DNA of 63,789 nt, filler included, from Octopus bimaculoides (GCF_001194135.2; 10 parts of 9 records of this genome joined end to end with filler, not necessarily neighbours in it); one strand, 5' to 3'. Positions 26,711 through 40,511 are shown, numbered from the whole stretch's first letter. Made by a program: numbers and translations. The notes: generated by a model not told the origin, from the letters alone.

Positions 26711-27559
26711 TTGTTCTACCTATCTATGTGTGTGTTTGCATATTTTTTGTATATTTTGAACCATTTATATACATGTGTGCGTGTGTATCTGCGTGTGTGT
26801 GTGTGTGTGCATATATATGTTTGTATATATGTATACATGTTTGTACATAAGTATGTATCTATGTACACATATATATATGTATATATACACATATATGTAT
26901 GTGGGTGTGTATATATATATATATATGCATATGCTTCTCTGTGTGTGTTTGTGTATATATGTGTGTGTATGTATATGTATGTACATGTGCGTAGATATAT
27001 GTATGTATAAATATATATACATGTTATGCATAATACACACACACATACACACACAAAGACTATGCATACTGGGGTGCGTCACACGCGTGTACGTAGGTAT
27101 ATACATTTTTTATTTATACACTAATAATTATGTGTCTGCAAGTATATACATGTGTGTGCGTGCGTGTGTATCTGTGTATGTGCGGCATATGTATGTATAT
27201 ATACATATGAATACTTCTGTGTGCGTGAGTATATATATATATATATATATATGCACATATACGCATATATGTAAAAACACACACACAAACGTATGTATAG
27301 CTATTTACTGAATTTTTAGGTAGTTATATATATATATATATATATATATATATNNNNNNNNNNNNNNNNNNNNNNNNNNNNNNNNNNNNNNNNNNNNNNN
27401 NNNNNNNNNNNNNNNNNNNNNNNNNNNNNNNNNNNNNNNNNNNNNNNNNNNNNNNNNNNNNNNNNNNNNNNNNNNNNNTGGCAAAGTCGCAACATGTGGC
27501 AACACTGGTTCTGACGCGTCTACACAGCTGCATATAGCGACGGTGTAAAAAGACGGCAT

Positions 27560-27661
27560 AAAATTTCCTTCATACTATGGGAAATTAATGCTCTGCTTTA
27601 CGAGTTTTCGCTTTACGAGCGGCCTCCGGGAACAAATTAATTCAATATCGAAGCATTACTG
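27560..27661. mobile_element. pogo/Tigger-like DNA transposon terminus
   Basis: Ends ...cgagttttcgctttacgagc...aattaattcaatatcgaagcattactg|TA. The reverse complement resembles Tigger-type ends. The other end is lost in the gap. Confidence 0.45.
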
Positions 27662-28335
27662 TATTTTTTGTTTGTGTAATACGTTTTCAATTTGCAATAT
27701 GTATAGATTTTTCAGAGAAAGTTAACGTTTTAGCACACACACAAACACATATACACCCCCCCCCACACACACACACACACAATATTTTGTATATACGAGA
27801 GTACGCATGCGTATAACATGTGAATGGGCTATAAATGCATGAATGGAAAATGATTGCGAAATGTGTCTGTGAATGCATTATATTCCTTTTTTGTAAATAT
27901 TATTAAACATATGCTAACATTACAGGAGTTCAAAGAATGTATACACAGCTTTGAAATTCCGTTGCGTGTGTTTATTGTTGTATATACTCCAGTGCATGTG
28001 TTTATAGCTGTATATATATACTACATATTTATATTGCAATTAACACTCGAGCGAGTGTAAAATCAAATAAAGAAATTTCACCATAAAATTGTGGCGTTGT
28101 GTTTTCATTATTTCCTTTGCTTTGTAGGTGTTTTTGTGATTGTATACGTCAGAATCGGTAGAGCATTAGGTATAGCTCCTTGCGACAAAGGAAACGTCTC
28201 TCTGTGCGATCAGTTCAAACGACCTCAATTTGGTTTTTACAAGCAAAATGACCTCGAGGGGATATGAGGCTGATAAATAACGATCTAGTCCAATACTAAA
28301 TAAATTACTAGTACTACTACTACTACTACTACTAC

Positions 28336-28437
<102 letters not shown>

Positions 28438-28850
28438 NNNNNNNNNNNNNNNNNNNNNNNNNNNNNNNNNNNNNNNNNNNNNNNNNNNNNNNNNNNNNNN
28501 NNNNNNNNNNNNNNNNNNNNNNNNNNNNNNNNNNNNNNNNNNNNNNNNNNNNNNNNNNNNNNNNNNNNNNNNNNNNNNNNNNNNNNNNNNNNNNNNNNNN
28601 NNNNNNNNNNNNNNNNNNNNNNNNNNNNNNNNNNNNNNNNNNNNNNNNNNNNNNNNNNNNNNNNNNNNNNNNNNNNNNNNNNNNNNNNNNNNNNNNNNNN
28701 NNNNNNNNNNNNNNNNNNNNNNNNNNNNNNNNNNNNNNNNNNNNNNNNNNNNNNNNNNNNNNNNNNNNNNNNNNNNNNNNNNNNATTTTTTAGGTATTTA
28801 GTATAAGTTACAATACGTACATTGATTTTTTTTTATTATTATTTTTATTT

Positions 28851-28981
28851 TAGATCTGACGAGTGAATAAATTTTTGAATAGATTTAACTGTAGATCGAT
28901 TTGATTATTAATAGAATTATTAATTGAATTGGTTTTAGTAGTTATCTATTTGAAAATATAGCCACGAAACGTGCGTAGTCA
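28851..28981 (+). ncRNA. Candidate type-I hammerhead ribozyme with a giant stem II
   Basis: Core CUGACGA at 28856-28862, stem II base GUG/CAC (28863-65/28963-65) and GAAA at 28966-28969. Stem III is ACG-UG-CGU, the cleavage triplet is GUA (28975-28977), and stem I is weak (GAU/GUC). The intervening 97 nt fold into one long hairpin. Confidence 0.65.
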
Positions 28982-29124
28982 TTTTATACCATTTACTAGA
29001 TATTCTTTTTGTATTTTATTGATTTTTTGAATAAGGTTTTTATGATATATTTATTTTCTGGAGGGTATGAATTAAATTCTTCTTTATTGAATTATCTAAT
29101 AGTGGTTTTTCTTTAAATTATAGC

Positions 29125-29331
29125 CAAGACTATTTAAGCATTTTATCTGATCAAATTCATTCTATGGTTGCGGAACTGTTTCCGGAGGGAAACATTATCT
29201 TTCAGGATGATAATGCACCAACTCACACAGCTAAAGTTGTTACTGAATGGCACGAGGAAAATTCTAGTGAAGTTGAACATCTTATCTGGCCACCACAGTC
29301 CCCAGAACTCAATATTCTTGAACATTTATGT
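29125..29331 (+). pseudogene. Tc1-family transposase catalytic-domain fragment with D-36-E spacing
   Basis: QDYLSILSDQIHSMVAELFPEGNIIFQDDNAPTHTAKVVTEWHEENSSEVEHLIWPPQSPELNILEHL. No TIRs were found. Confidence 0.85.
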
Positions 29332-29703
29332 GGTTGGAAAGTAAGCTATTTACCACACAGCCACCCCTGCACCTATATGATTTTATCCCATTTCTTCGCC
29401 AATACCCATATTCTTAGCATTATTCACTTCTTTATATTCTTTAGTTGATATTATTTAAATTCTATTTTGTATAGCGTCTGCTTTAATATTCTCTTTGCAT
29501 CAATTACATGATCAAATCAATTATTTACTTTTGCATTACGTTCCAATTTTCACTATCGTCAGATATCAGGAACGAGAATTTCAGAGGAATGATTTCTTTT
29601 AGCTTCCGTATATAGTATGATGTATCATATAATATGATTTAATATGACATAATATGATATGATATGGTACGATATGAAACACAGATACGTGTGAGCGTCA
29701 AAT

Positions 29704-29749
<46 letters not shown>

Positions 29750-29851
29750 TCTTTTACTTGTTTCAGCCAGTTTGACTGTAGCCATGCTGGACCACCGCTT
29801 CTGTATGTATATACATGCACACAGACACATACATGTATTTATACATAAATG

Positions 29852-29907
<56 letters not shown>

Positions 29908-29961
29908 NNNNNNNNNNTATATATATTATATATTATATATTTATATATGTATATGTGTATG

Positions 29962-30004
<43 letters not shown>

Positions 30005-30023
30005 ATATGTGTGTGTGCGTGTG

Positions 30024-30055
<32 letters not shown>

Positions 30056-30552
30056 TGTATGTATGTATGTATACATGTGCATATGTGCGCGTGCGTTTGT
30101 ATTCTGAAGCTGTCAGCTGAAATCCTAGCTAGCCTCTTGACGATACAACACAAAGTGAACTACGTAAGCGAGTATCTTTATCTGAAATCAACTTAGCTTT
30201 CACAAAAGGAAAACTAAAAAAAAAAAAAAAAAAGCAGTATTCTTAAAAACGTTGAAAATTTATGAATAAAACTGTTTTGCAAATTTTGTGCAACTAAAGT
30301 TCCAATTGACTCCAGGGACATCAGTAAGAGAACAAGGGAAATAAGATCTGAAAAAAAAGTAAAAACTGAGAAAATTGTTTGAGACAAACGTAACATGATT
30401 GATTCAAGCATTAATTAAATTTCAGCATACGTTCCACCCATATTCTACTTACNNNNNNNNNNNNNNNNNNNNNNNNNNNNNNNNNNNNNNNNNNNNTTAA
30501 TTAATTAANNNNNNNNNNNNNNNNNNNNNNNNNNNNNNNNNNNNNNNNNNNN

Positions 30553-30594
<42 letters not shown>

Positions 30595-31011
30595 CATGTA
30601 TGTTTGTGTGAATGTGTATGTATGTGTTTATGCATGAGTGTGTGTATGTGTGTACGCGCTTGTGTATATGTGTTTGTCTGAATGTATATGTATATATATC
30701 TCTCTCTATATATATATAGATATGTATGCGTACGTGTGTGTGTAACTATTCTTCTCAGTTAATTCGTTTACCATTCTCCCGCTGCATTTAATTGTTTGTC
30801 AACTTATCTGACTGTAAAAATGCCTGCCATAAGGAAGGAGACGTAAAATGTCCCAGGTTGGGTCTGCGTGAAACGTACCTCCCCCTCCTCTTCTTTAGAG
30901 ACGATTCTAAACTTATTTCCCTCTGTGGAATGCTTGTCATTAGTATATGTCGACCATCATCACTAATTCCTTCACATTTTACTATAGATTCTTGCGGATT
31001 ATCTGATAACG

Positions 31012-31042
<31 letters not shown>

Positions 31043-31720
31043 TTACGTATCCATCCGCCAGCCTGTCTGTCTGTCTATCTTATCATTAGTGCAGCTCTGA
31101 AACGACAACAGCAACAAAAAATTAAAGCATCACTTGATCCAACCTGGTATTTCCGTGCACCAATTTTGGTTCACAATGTTGCGGATCCCATTGGAGAAGT
31201 GAAAAAGACGCTTACCGATGATGCGGGCTTGAACCCAGCATCACGAAGATGCGAAACAAACTTCTTACTCACACAGCAATAACATTATGACCATATTTTA
31301 ATGAGAATTCACCATATAATCTTTGCAGTCATTCACTTGCAAACAAGAATGTTATCAAATACATGTAAAGAACGTTCATTTAAGATAATGCTTACTATCA
31401 AAACGTTGTCTTGTTCCATCTTTCAAAATGTTTTAGAAACAAGGTTTGTGGAACTTGTTGATAATCAGAAAGACTGTGGTTGTTCATGTTAATACGTATT
31501 TGAAAACTGTTCCTATCGCAGTTTCACCAATATGATAAGAAAATTGAACAATATTCAGCTTGTCATAAATATTAACTGCAAAAATAGAGCCATAAAATCT
31601 ATCATTTACATACATAGATATTTCAAACGTAGACAAAGAATGTATAAGAACACGATAAACGACACAAGTACGTTTAAGATTGAAATCTTTTCCTCCAAAT
31701 CCAGAACACACACACATACA

Positions 31721-31772
<52 letters not shown>

Positions 31773-31980
31773 NNNNNNNNNNNNNNNNNNNNNNNNNNNN
31801 NNNNNNNNNNNNNNNNNNNNNNNNNNNNNNNNNNNNNNNNNNNNNNNNNNNNNNNNNNNNNNNNNNNNNNNNNNNNNNNNNNNNNNNNNNNNNNNNNNNN
31901 NNNNNNNNNNNNNNNNNNNNNNNNNNNNNNNNNNNNNNNNNNNNNNNNNNNNNNNNNNNNNNNNNNNNNNNNATATATAT

Positions 31981-32300
31981 AAATGGAACAAAAACGCAAT
32001 GTAGGGTATTAAAACGTTCGGACAGAAAGACGATACAAAAGCGGACAAGAGAAACAACAATTAGAAGGACAGGCATAAAAAGACGGATCATTCTTGGCTT
32101 TCTTTCATCAGTCAAGTCCCAGAAGTCATGACTATTTCGGGTGGTTACACTTGAGATGGTTCGATCTGGTTGCCCCCAAAATAGTCTAAGCAGAGAATTA
32201 GACCCCGTTGTAAGAAAGCTAGCGAGTTTTTACGGCAACAAAGACAAAGAATAAAAATGGAGAACATGGTACACAATTACGAATACAAACAAGAAATGAC
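31981..32300 (-). mobile_element. Penelope-like terminal repeat fragment
   Basis: Homologous to 21960-22162. Contains CUGAUGA...GAAU...GUC on the minus strand. Confidence 0.45.
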
Positions 32301-32351
32301 AGGCGTGTGAGAATATATAGGTATATATGTGTATTTATGCATGTGTAAAGA

Positions 32352-32394
<43 letters not shown>

Positions 32395-33906
32395 ACACAC
32401 ATAACACACACAAAAACGCGTGCATGTATCTGCAGACAGAAAGACAATTACGTAGCTAGCAAGCTAAATAGACACACAGACAGGCAAGCAAACAAACAGG
32501 TAGACAGACAATTAGACAAGATAACCCTACCCAATTTGCCTAAAAGTATATTCATCATAAAGAAAAGATAAGCAAAGACTTTATACCCACATTGTAAATA
32601 GAGACTTAAAAGACGCTCTCGAATTCATAACAAACAGGGACTTATAAGATGCTGAGACAATTAAGAAATGCAAAAATAATGAAAGAAAAACGACAACTTT
32701 ATAAATACATATATAAAAGAGATCAGTGATCTTTCTTCACAATTATCGTTTTCGGTTGTCATAGGGATATTAAACAAACGGAAAATTCATGAAGGAATCA
32801 AGCAAAAGTTTTAACTGTGCTAGACCAATTTTTGGTGATGGATGGAGTGCGTGTTTGTGTATGGGTGTGTGCGTATGTGTGTATCTATATGAATAAACAT
32901 ATATGTAGATAGAGAGATGAACGAATAGATAGATAACTATATATATATGATTATATATATNNNNNNNNNNNNNNNNNNNNNNNNNNNNNNNNNNNNNNNN
33001 NNNNNNNNNNNNNNNNNNNNNNNNNNNNNNNNNNNNNNNNNNNNNNNNNNNNNNNNNNNNNNNNNNNNNNNNNNNNNNNNNNNNNNNNNNNNNNNNNNNN
33101 NNNNNNNNNNNNNNNNNNNNNNNNNNNNNNNNNNNNNNNNNNNNNNNNNNNNNNNNNNNNNNNNNNNNNNNNNNNNNNNNNNNNNNNNNNNNNNNNNNNN
33201 NNNNNNNNNNNNNNNNNNNNNNNNNNNNNNNNNNNNNNNNNNNNNNNNNNNNNNNNNNNNNNNNNNNNNNNNNNNNNNNNNNNNNNNNNNNNNNNNNNNN
33301 NNNNNNNNNNNNNNNNNNNNNNNNNNNNNNNNNNNNNNNNNNNNNNNNNNNNNNNNNNNNNNNNNNNNNNNNNNNNNNNNNNNNNNNNNNNNNNNNNNNN
33401 NNNNNNNNNNNNNNNNNNNNNNNNNNNNNNNNNNNNNNNNNNNNNNNNNNNNNNNNNNNNNNNNNNNNNNNNNNNNNNNNNNNNNNNNNNNNNNNNNNNN
33501 NNNNNNNNNNNNNNNNNNNNNNNNNNNNNNNNNNNNNNNNNNNNNNNNNNNNNNNNNNNNNNNNNNNNNNNNNNNNNNNNNNNNNNNNNNNNNNNNNNNN
33601 NNNNNNNNNNNNNNNNNNNNNNNNNNNNNNNNNNNNNNNNNNNNNNNNNNNNNNNNNNNNNNNNNNNNNNNNNNNNNNNNNNNNNNNNNNNNNNNNNNNN
33701 NNNNNNNNNNNNNNNNNNNNNNNNNNNNNNNNNNNNNNNNNNNNNNNNNNNNNNNNNNNNNNNNNNNNNNNNNNNNNNNNNNNNNNNNNNNNNNNNNNNN
33801 NNNNNNNNNNNNNNNNNNNNNNNNNNNNNNNNNNNNNNNNNNNNNNNNNNNNNNNNNNNNNNNNNNNNNNNNNNNNNNNNNNNNNNNNNNNNNNNNNNNN
33901 NNNNNN

Positions 33907-33943
<37 letters not shown>

Positions 33944-33964
33944 CATACATGTATATGTACATGA

Positions 33965-34118
33965 GAGGCTTCCTGATTGTCTACAAATGCACTGACAAAG
34001 CTTTGGTCGGCCCGATACTATAGTGGAAGACACTTGTATGAGGTACTACGCGGCGACACTGAGCTCGGGACCATTTGGTTGGAAAGCATAATTCTTACCA
34101 TACAGCCTCACCTGCGCC
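33965..34118 (-). mobile_element. 5' half of a CORE-like SINE (family B)
   Basis: Reverse complement matches the head of the 49863 copy (gtggtaag...ggtcccgagctcagtgtc...caagtgtcttccactatag). Confidence 0.65.
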
Positions 34119-35061
34119 AATACATATGTATGTATATATGTCCGTATGTATGAATGTATGTATGTATGTATGTGTGTATGTATGTATGTATGTATGTATG
34201 TATAGAAGGGAGATTATTTAACGTGGACACATCGTGAAACATCGATAACTATGCAAAAGTGGATTGGAAATCTAATAGAAATAAACAGGTTCCCTGTAAT
34301 AACGAGTATTTTCTTTTGATTTTGCTCTTGTTATTTCTGCAAAGATCGTTGGTCCTTTCTCTTTTTTTTTTTTTGCCTCTGTATTTTATGATGTTGCTGT
34401 TGTTGTTGTTGTTGTTGTTGTGTCTTTTGCATGCGAAGGTATAATATTTGAATAATTGTTTAATGACGAATGTAGGCCGGCCAGCTATTTACTTTAATTG
34501 TAAATATCTAAGATGGCTGTTGTTGCAATTTTTTGTCTGCTTTTTCCGTTTTGGCTCAGGAGGAATGGAGAAAAATGCACAAATAGAAGTACACATAAAA
34601 ATGATATATATATATATATATATATAACATGTAAGAAAATTAACATCGCTTAATAGGAGAAAAGCCTGGTACATGCGAAACTCATCTTAATTATATATAT
34701 AAAGTACATGTGTATATGTGTGTGTGTGTGTGTGTGCGTGTATCTATATGTCTACTGGTATTGATATGTCTAACTGAACGTAGCAATTACTGTCCTATAA
34801 TAACAGGATTCATAATATAGCCATACCATACATCCCGCAATTTACATACTTGATAAGACATTTACAGAGAATAATTTGATATTTCTGTACAATGTTACCT
34901 TATTCATAGCAAGGACGAAAAATTAACAACAATGCCCAAAAGGAATTTAAGAAAGGCTTCCAAAAATGGATGTTTACTCTGAGTGGAGATTTTGTGACAT
35001 AAAATATCTAACTTGGAATCATTCTAAAGAATTTACTTACGCTGTGAGAGAGAGAAAGAGA

Positions 35062-35104
<43 letters not shown>

Positions 35105-35732
35105 AGGGAGAGAGAGAGTGAGAGGGAGAGGAGGAGAAAGGGAGGGAGTGAATGAGTGAGAGAAAAAGACAGAAAGAGAAAAAGACAGAAAGAGAAAGAG
35201 CGTAAGAGCATGAGATAGAGTGATAGAGAGTGAGAGAAAGGGAGAGGACTAAAAATGAATTAGCATTGCACTGAAATGAAAGGGTTTGAAACCATGTCGG
35301 AATTCTAAATTGTTGATTACCTACCTCCAGTTTGAAGGGAGATTGCCAGAAACGAGCAATAAATTCTGTCATCATATTTATCTATCAACAGCGTCGTTTG
35401 TTCATGAAACATATTCAAATTACGGTTATTTTTTATAATTATCATTAATATAATCTTTATTATCATCACGCTTACTACTACTACTACTATCATTATTATT
35501 ATTGTTATTATTACCATCAATATCGGGATCTTCATTTTAATTAATTTTTATCTCAATTCTTTACCGCATATTACTTCTGTAAATCAAGAAAAGGCAGCGA
35601 GGTAGATAGATGGGTAGATAGATAGACAGATAGAGTGAGAGAGAAAAAGAGGGAAGCGTTTGTTGAGGATGCTAAAAATCCGAAGTTCATGAAGACATCA
35701 TGTATTCCTATCGCTTCCAACGATACAATCTC

Positions 35733-35743
35733 GCCGCCATCTT
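35733..35743 (-). promoter_or_regulatory. YY1/Pho-type motif AAGATGGCGGC (possible minus-strand start region)
   Basis: Perfect match to the YY1 consensus in unique sequence. A good donor, gag|gtaggt, lies ~410 nt downstream at 35325. Confidence 0.25.
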
Positions 35744-37851
35744 GTTTTCGTTTTATCATTTGACGAGATCTGCGGTTAAGAGAAAACTTGACGACAAACA
35801 TAATAACGTAGTGACAATGTAGACGATAAGTGATGCTATGCACCTCCCTTCTTCACACACGCAAACACACATCACACAAAAGGACATAAATAAAATTAAA
35901 ATAGAAGGAAGGCAAACGATTATGATGACGGCATCCATGTTACAGGTTCGTGATATTTAATAGTCAATGTCTTAGTTGGTTCCTTTCAACGTTGAATTTC
36001 ATTTGTTAACGATGTCATGTGATCAAAAGTATTGAATGAGAGCTATCTTCCATTGTAAGGTCGTATGTATATTTATGTTGGGTTGTTGTTATTGTAGTTC
36101 TTTTTGTGAGTGTTGTAGTTATTGTTGTTATAAGTCAGATGTGATTCTACATGCCTGTGATCAAACACATTCAAAGACTAACAATTTCATCTTTGCTGGA
36201 AATCCACGACGTTATCCAACATGCCATTTCTAAGACAGTACGTACGTCTGAAGGAAAAATGACTATAATTTCTCGCAAGTTGAATAACCACATCGTGAAT
36301 TCTTTTGATGTTTCGATGTGTGTTTGATATTATTGCTGTTTAGCCCCTGGTCAGTCCTGATCCAGCAGTCTTGTTGTCTAAGGCAATATAATCACGATCA
36401 TTCCATTGGTTTCTTTTCTTCTTTTCTTTTTTTTTCTTTTTTGACCTATAACAGGTTGTATTGCATGGGATTTGAGTGCAAATGGCTCTCTGTTTTAATC
36501 GACATTATAGTTCACTAGTCATCATATTATCGAGTCCGAAAGGGTGTATAATATTGTTCTTTGATGTAAAACAAAGACTGTCACTTTCGTTTCTTTTGTT
36601 TAGATCTCTCAGTCATTGAACAGCGAACGTGCTGGGACAACGCGTTCAAGAATTTAGTCGAAAAAATCACACATACACACACACACACATACAAACATAT
36701 ACATATATCTATACATGCATATTTATAAATATACACACACAGGTGAGCACGTAAGTGCAAAACAGGGTGGCAAAATAGTACTCGAATATCAAAGGTAGAG
36801 TGATAAGCTTTTATTAAAGCTACAAAATTATCGCAAAACTTTTTCAACTTGGCCCCACATGCAATTTCAGGCGCTCTTTATCTTTATATGAGATCACCAA
36901 GTCGCGCACATATGGATGTGATGCAAATGCCTGGTATACCCTTATTAGACGGTTAGTCATGATCAGTATATTGGGCTTCGTATATTTGTACCCCGGTGTC
37001 ACTTTGATGACATGCATTGCTCTCTCACTCAGTGGTAATAATAATAATCATGATGATGATAATATACATTTGTGCAGATATTTTTGGTGTAAATTACCAA
37101 AGCGTGCGCATACACACACGCACACACACACACACACTCACTCACACATACGCAAGAAAAAAATTTTAAAGAATTTTCTAAGTTGTTGCTCGAATGAATA
37201 GAAAGAACAAGACTCCTAAGTCTAATTCTAACGTTTTGAAAGACAGTTACACAATAAACAGAGGAAGAAAATGCGGAATTCTCACTGCTGGAATACATTT
37301 GATTTTCCGTCGACTCATTCAAGATTGGAATGGTGCCAAAGAGTAACATATTTTCCCACGCTATTTAATAGTCAGAGGCTTCAAATATATACATAGTTGA
37401 ACAATGAACCATTTTAAATTTACATAAATTTGCATCACAATTTTTATTGTAGAGAATACAATAGTTTCTTACATAACTTTCGGAGTTGTATTTTCTTAAC
37501 AATAGACCATAATAATGGAGTTCTGTAAAATTTAGCAGCTTCAGTTTCCTTATAGTAAAACATAGTAATCGATTGTATTGATTATCTCTCATATTAAGTG
37601 ATTATGCCGAAAGTGGAATGACGAATATTAGATTATATAATCGTGCATATAAAACCATGTGTATGTGTTAAAACATATACATCCACACACTGAGATATAT
37701 CTATATAAAGAGAAATACGTAAATATGTATGTATATATATATATATATATANNNNNNNNNNNNNNNNNNNNNNNNNNNNNNNNNNNNNNNNNNNNTTAAT
37801 TAATTAANNNNNNNNNNNNNNNNNNNNNNNNNNNNNNNNNNNNNNNNNNNN

Positions 37852-37896
<45 letters not shown>

Positions 37897-38256
37897 GTGT
37901 GTTTAATGATCAAATGTATGTGGTGTACATCAGCTCTCTCACCTGCATTAAATCGAATTTGCCTGAACAGGTGCACTATTGTACCACACACAGAGCAATC
38001 TGGTACAGCGCTTTCGACTGCTGGTCTTCCACAAACAATTTTGCCCGGACTTGTGCCCTGAAGGGTAAATTTGTAGGTGCAATCCCATGGTCATTCATGA
38101 CCGTAGGATGTCTTTACCCTTCACCCTAGTGATCAAATCTAAGTGCTGTGCATTTTCTCACTCTCTCCATCAACACACTACCTGATCCAGAAATTGAAAC
38201 CACGATCTCGTGATCGTGAATGCAACACCCTAACCACCAGGCCATACATCCTCGAC

Positions 38257-38304
<48 letters not shown>

Positions 38305-38305
38305 C

Positions 38306-38346
<41 letters not shown>

Positions 38347-38959
38347 TTGATTGTCTGTCTGTCTGTATCTCTGCATGCATATATGTATGCATGTACGACG
38401 GTATCAATCCGACTTTATTGCTGTCTTGTTAGATGTTTGTCAAGGGGGAAAAAAATAATCAACTACTGTCCACAGCAAGATTAATAACTAATTTAGCTCA
38501 TGGTTATTTATAGGGTGCCAAACTAATTAATCTAATTTGCATAATAGTGTATCCATTGTTTTAATTAATTTAACCATGATTAATAACCATCGATTCTCTT
38601 CTCTTCTGGGGGATAATTAGAAACATAACCTACGCCTTTTAAATAAAAGTATAGTTTTAAATGGCTGCAAAATTAAACAGTATATCAAGGGAAGAGTAAT
38701 ATTTTTATTGTTTCAGTCATTATACAGTGACCATGCTGGGGCACTACTATCAATGCTTTAGTCGAACAAATCAAATCCAGTATTTATTTTTAAAATCTGG
38801 TCCTTATTCTATTGAACTCATTTGCCGAAAGCGACTGCCGTTTTTTCCTTAAACAACCTTGCTCGGACTTGTGCTTTGGCGGGTAACATTCTGGGTGTAA
38901 TCCATTGGTCATTCACGGCCTTTACACATACCCTGGTGGTCTAATATATGTGCAGCACA

Positions 38960-39160
38960 TTAAGCTCACTCTCTCCATGAAGTCGACGTTACCTGAACAG
39001 GTGCAAAAGCGTATCTCACGTCAGGCGTCGACGTGATTGCAGAGCAATGTGAGATGAATTTCTTTTGTTCCAGAACAGAATGCACCACCCGGTCCAAGAT
39101 TTGAAACCATGCCCTTGCGATCGTGAGTGCAACACCGTAATCGCTAGGCCATGTGCCTTC
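38960..39160 (-). mobile_element. tRNA-derived SINE (family C); a shorter copy lies at 38140-38250
   Basis: Reverse complement begins gaaggcacatggcctagcgattacggtgttgcactcacgatcg...gtttcaaatc. Confidence 0.65.
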
Positions 39161-39622
39161 GTAGATGTAAAGGGAGACTACTAAATACAACAGACCGATC
39201 CTCGAACCTAACCAAGAATAATAAAAATAGACGTAGGTGTGGCAAGACGTTTGCTTCCCGACCACATAGGTCTGACCTCAGTACTACCACGTGGCACCCT
39301 GTGCAAAGTGTCTTCAACGGCGGAATTTGAACTCAGAACGTAACGGCAGACGAAATACTGCTAAGCATTTCGCCCGGCGTACTAACGTTTCTGTCAGATT
39401 ATTGCTTTATTGTAAATAGTAATAACATGAATACCTCTTGTCAGAGGTACAAAATGACCTATTGGTAGAGAGAAAAATCGATTATATATCTTCAAGGTAG
39501 AAGAAAAATGAAATACATATTGATTTGTATTGCTGGAAAAGTACTATCGATCTCGGATTGATAACTCTTTATGCTGTATGTTCGAAACAAATTCCTTTGG
39601 TTGTTGCTATCATTATTATAAA

Positions 39623-39800
39623 GGCGGCGAGCTGACATTGTCGCTAGCGGGCTAGACGAAATGCTTAGCGGTATTTCGCCCGTCACTACGTTCTGAGTTC
39701 AAATTCTGCCGAGGTCGACTTTGCCTTTCATCCTTTCGGAGTTGATAAATTAAATACCAGAGAAACACTGGAGTCGATGTAATTGATTACTCTCCTCCCG
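39623..39800 (+). mobile_element. Family A SINE, followed by a decayed tandem copy to ~39965
   Basis: High similarity to 23502-23712. Confidence 0.85.
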
Positions 39801-40471
39801 AGGCGGCAGAATCGTGAGAACGCCGAGCAAAATTCCTAACAGCATTTTTCTATCCAAATTCCATCGAGGTCGGCTTTGTCCTTGATTCTTTCGAGATCGA
39901 TCAAATCAGGTCCACCTGAACACTGGAATCGATAGAATGGTCTAGACTCCATACCCACCAATTTCAGACCTTCTGCCTATTGTAGAANNNNNNNNNNNNN
40001 NNNNNNNNNNNNNNNNNNNNNNNNNNNNNNNNNNNNNNNNNNNNNNNNNNNNNNNNNNNNNNNNNNNNNNNNNNNNNNNNNNNNNNNNNNNNNNNNNNNN
40101 NNNNNNNNNNNNNNNNNNNNNNNNNNNNNNNNNNNNNNNNNNNNNNNNNNNNNNNNNNNNNNNNNNNNNNNNNNNNNNNNNNNNNNNNNNNNNNNNNNNN
40201 NNNNNNNNNNNNNNNNNNNNNNNNNNNNNNNNNNNNNNNNNNNTGAAAAATAAAGCTGATTACGTGCGTGTATATATGCATGTATACGAGAATTTGCTGT
40301 GGGGTCTAGAAATGCACCTGAATCTCAAAACGTATAGTCGGTTTTAAACCTTGTAATAGATTTATTCAAATACCAAACCGGTTTCCACAATTTTTTGCTT
40401 ATCAACGGTACAAATAAATAATGGCTTTAGGAGAGTTTAAAGTTACAAGGTAACTTGGCATGCATGTCATT

Positions 40472-40511
<40 letters not shown>

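Noticed and set aside
29537-29562. Minus-strand CUGACGA-uagu-GAAA
   Set aside because: The four nt between the core halves cannot form stem II, and there is no stem III.
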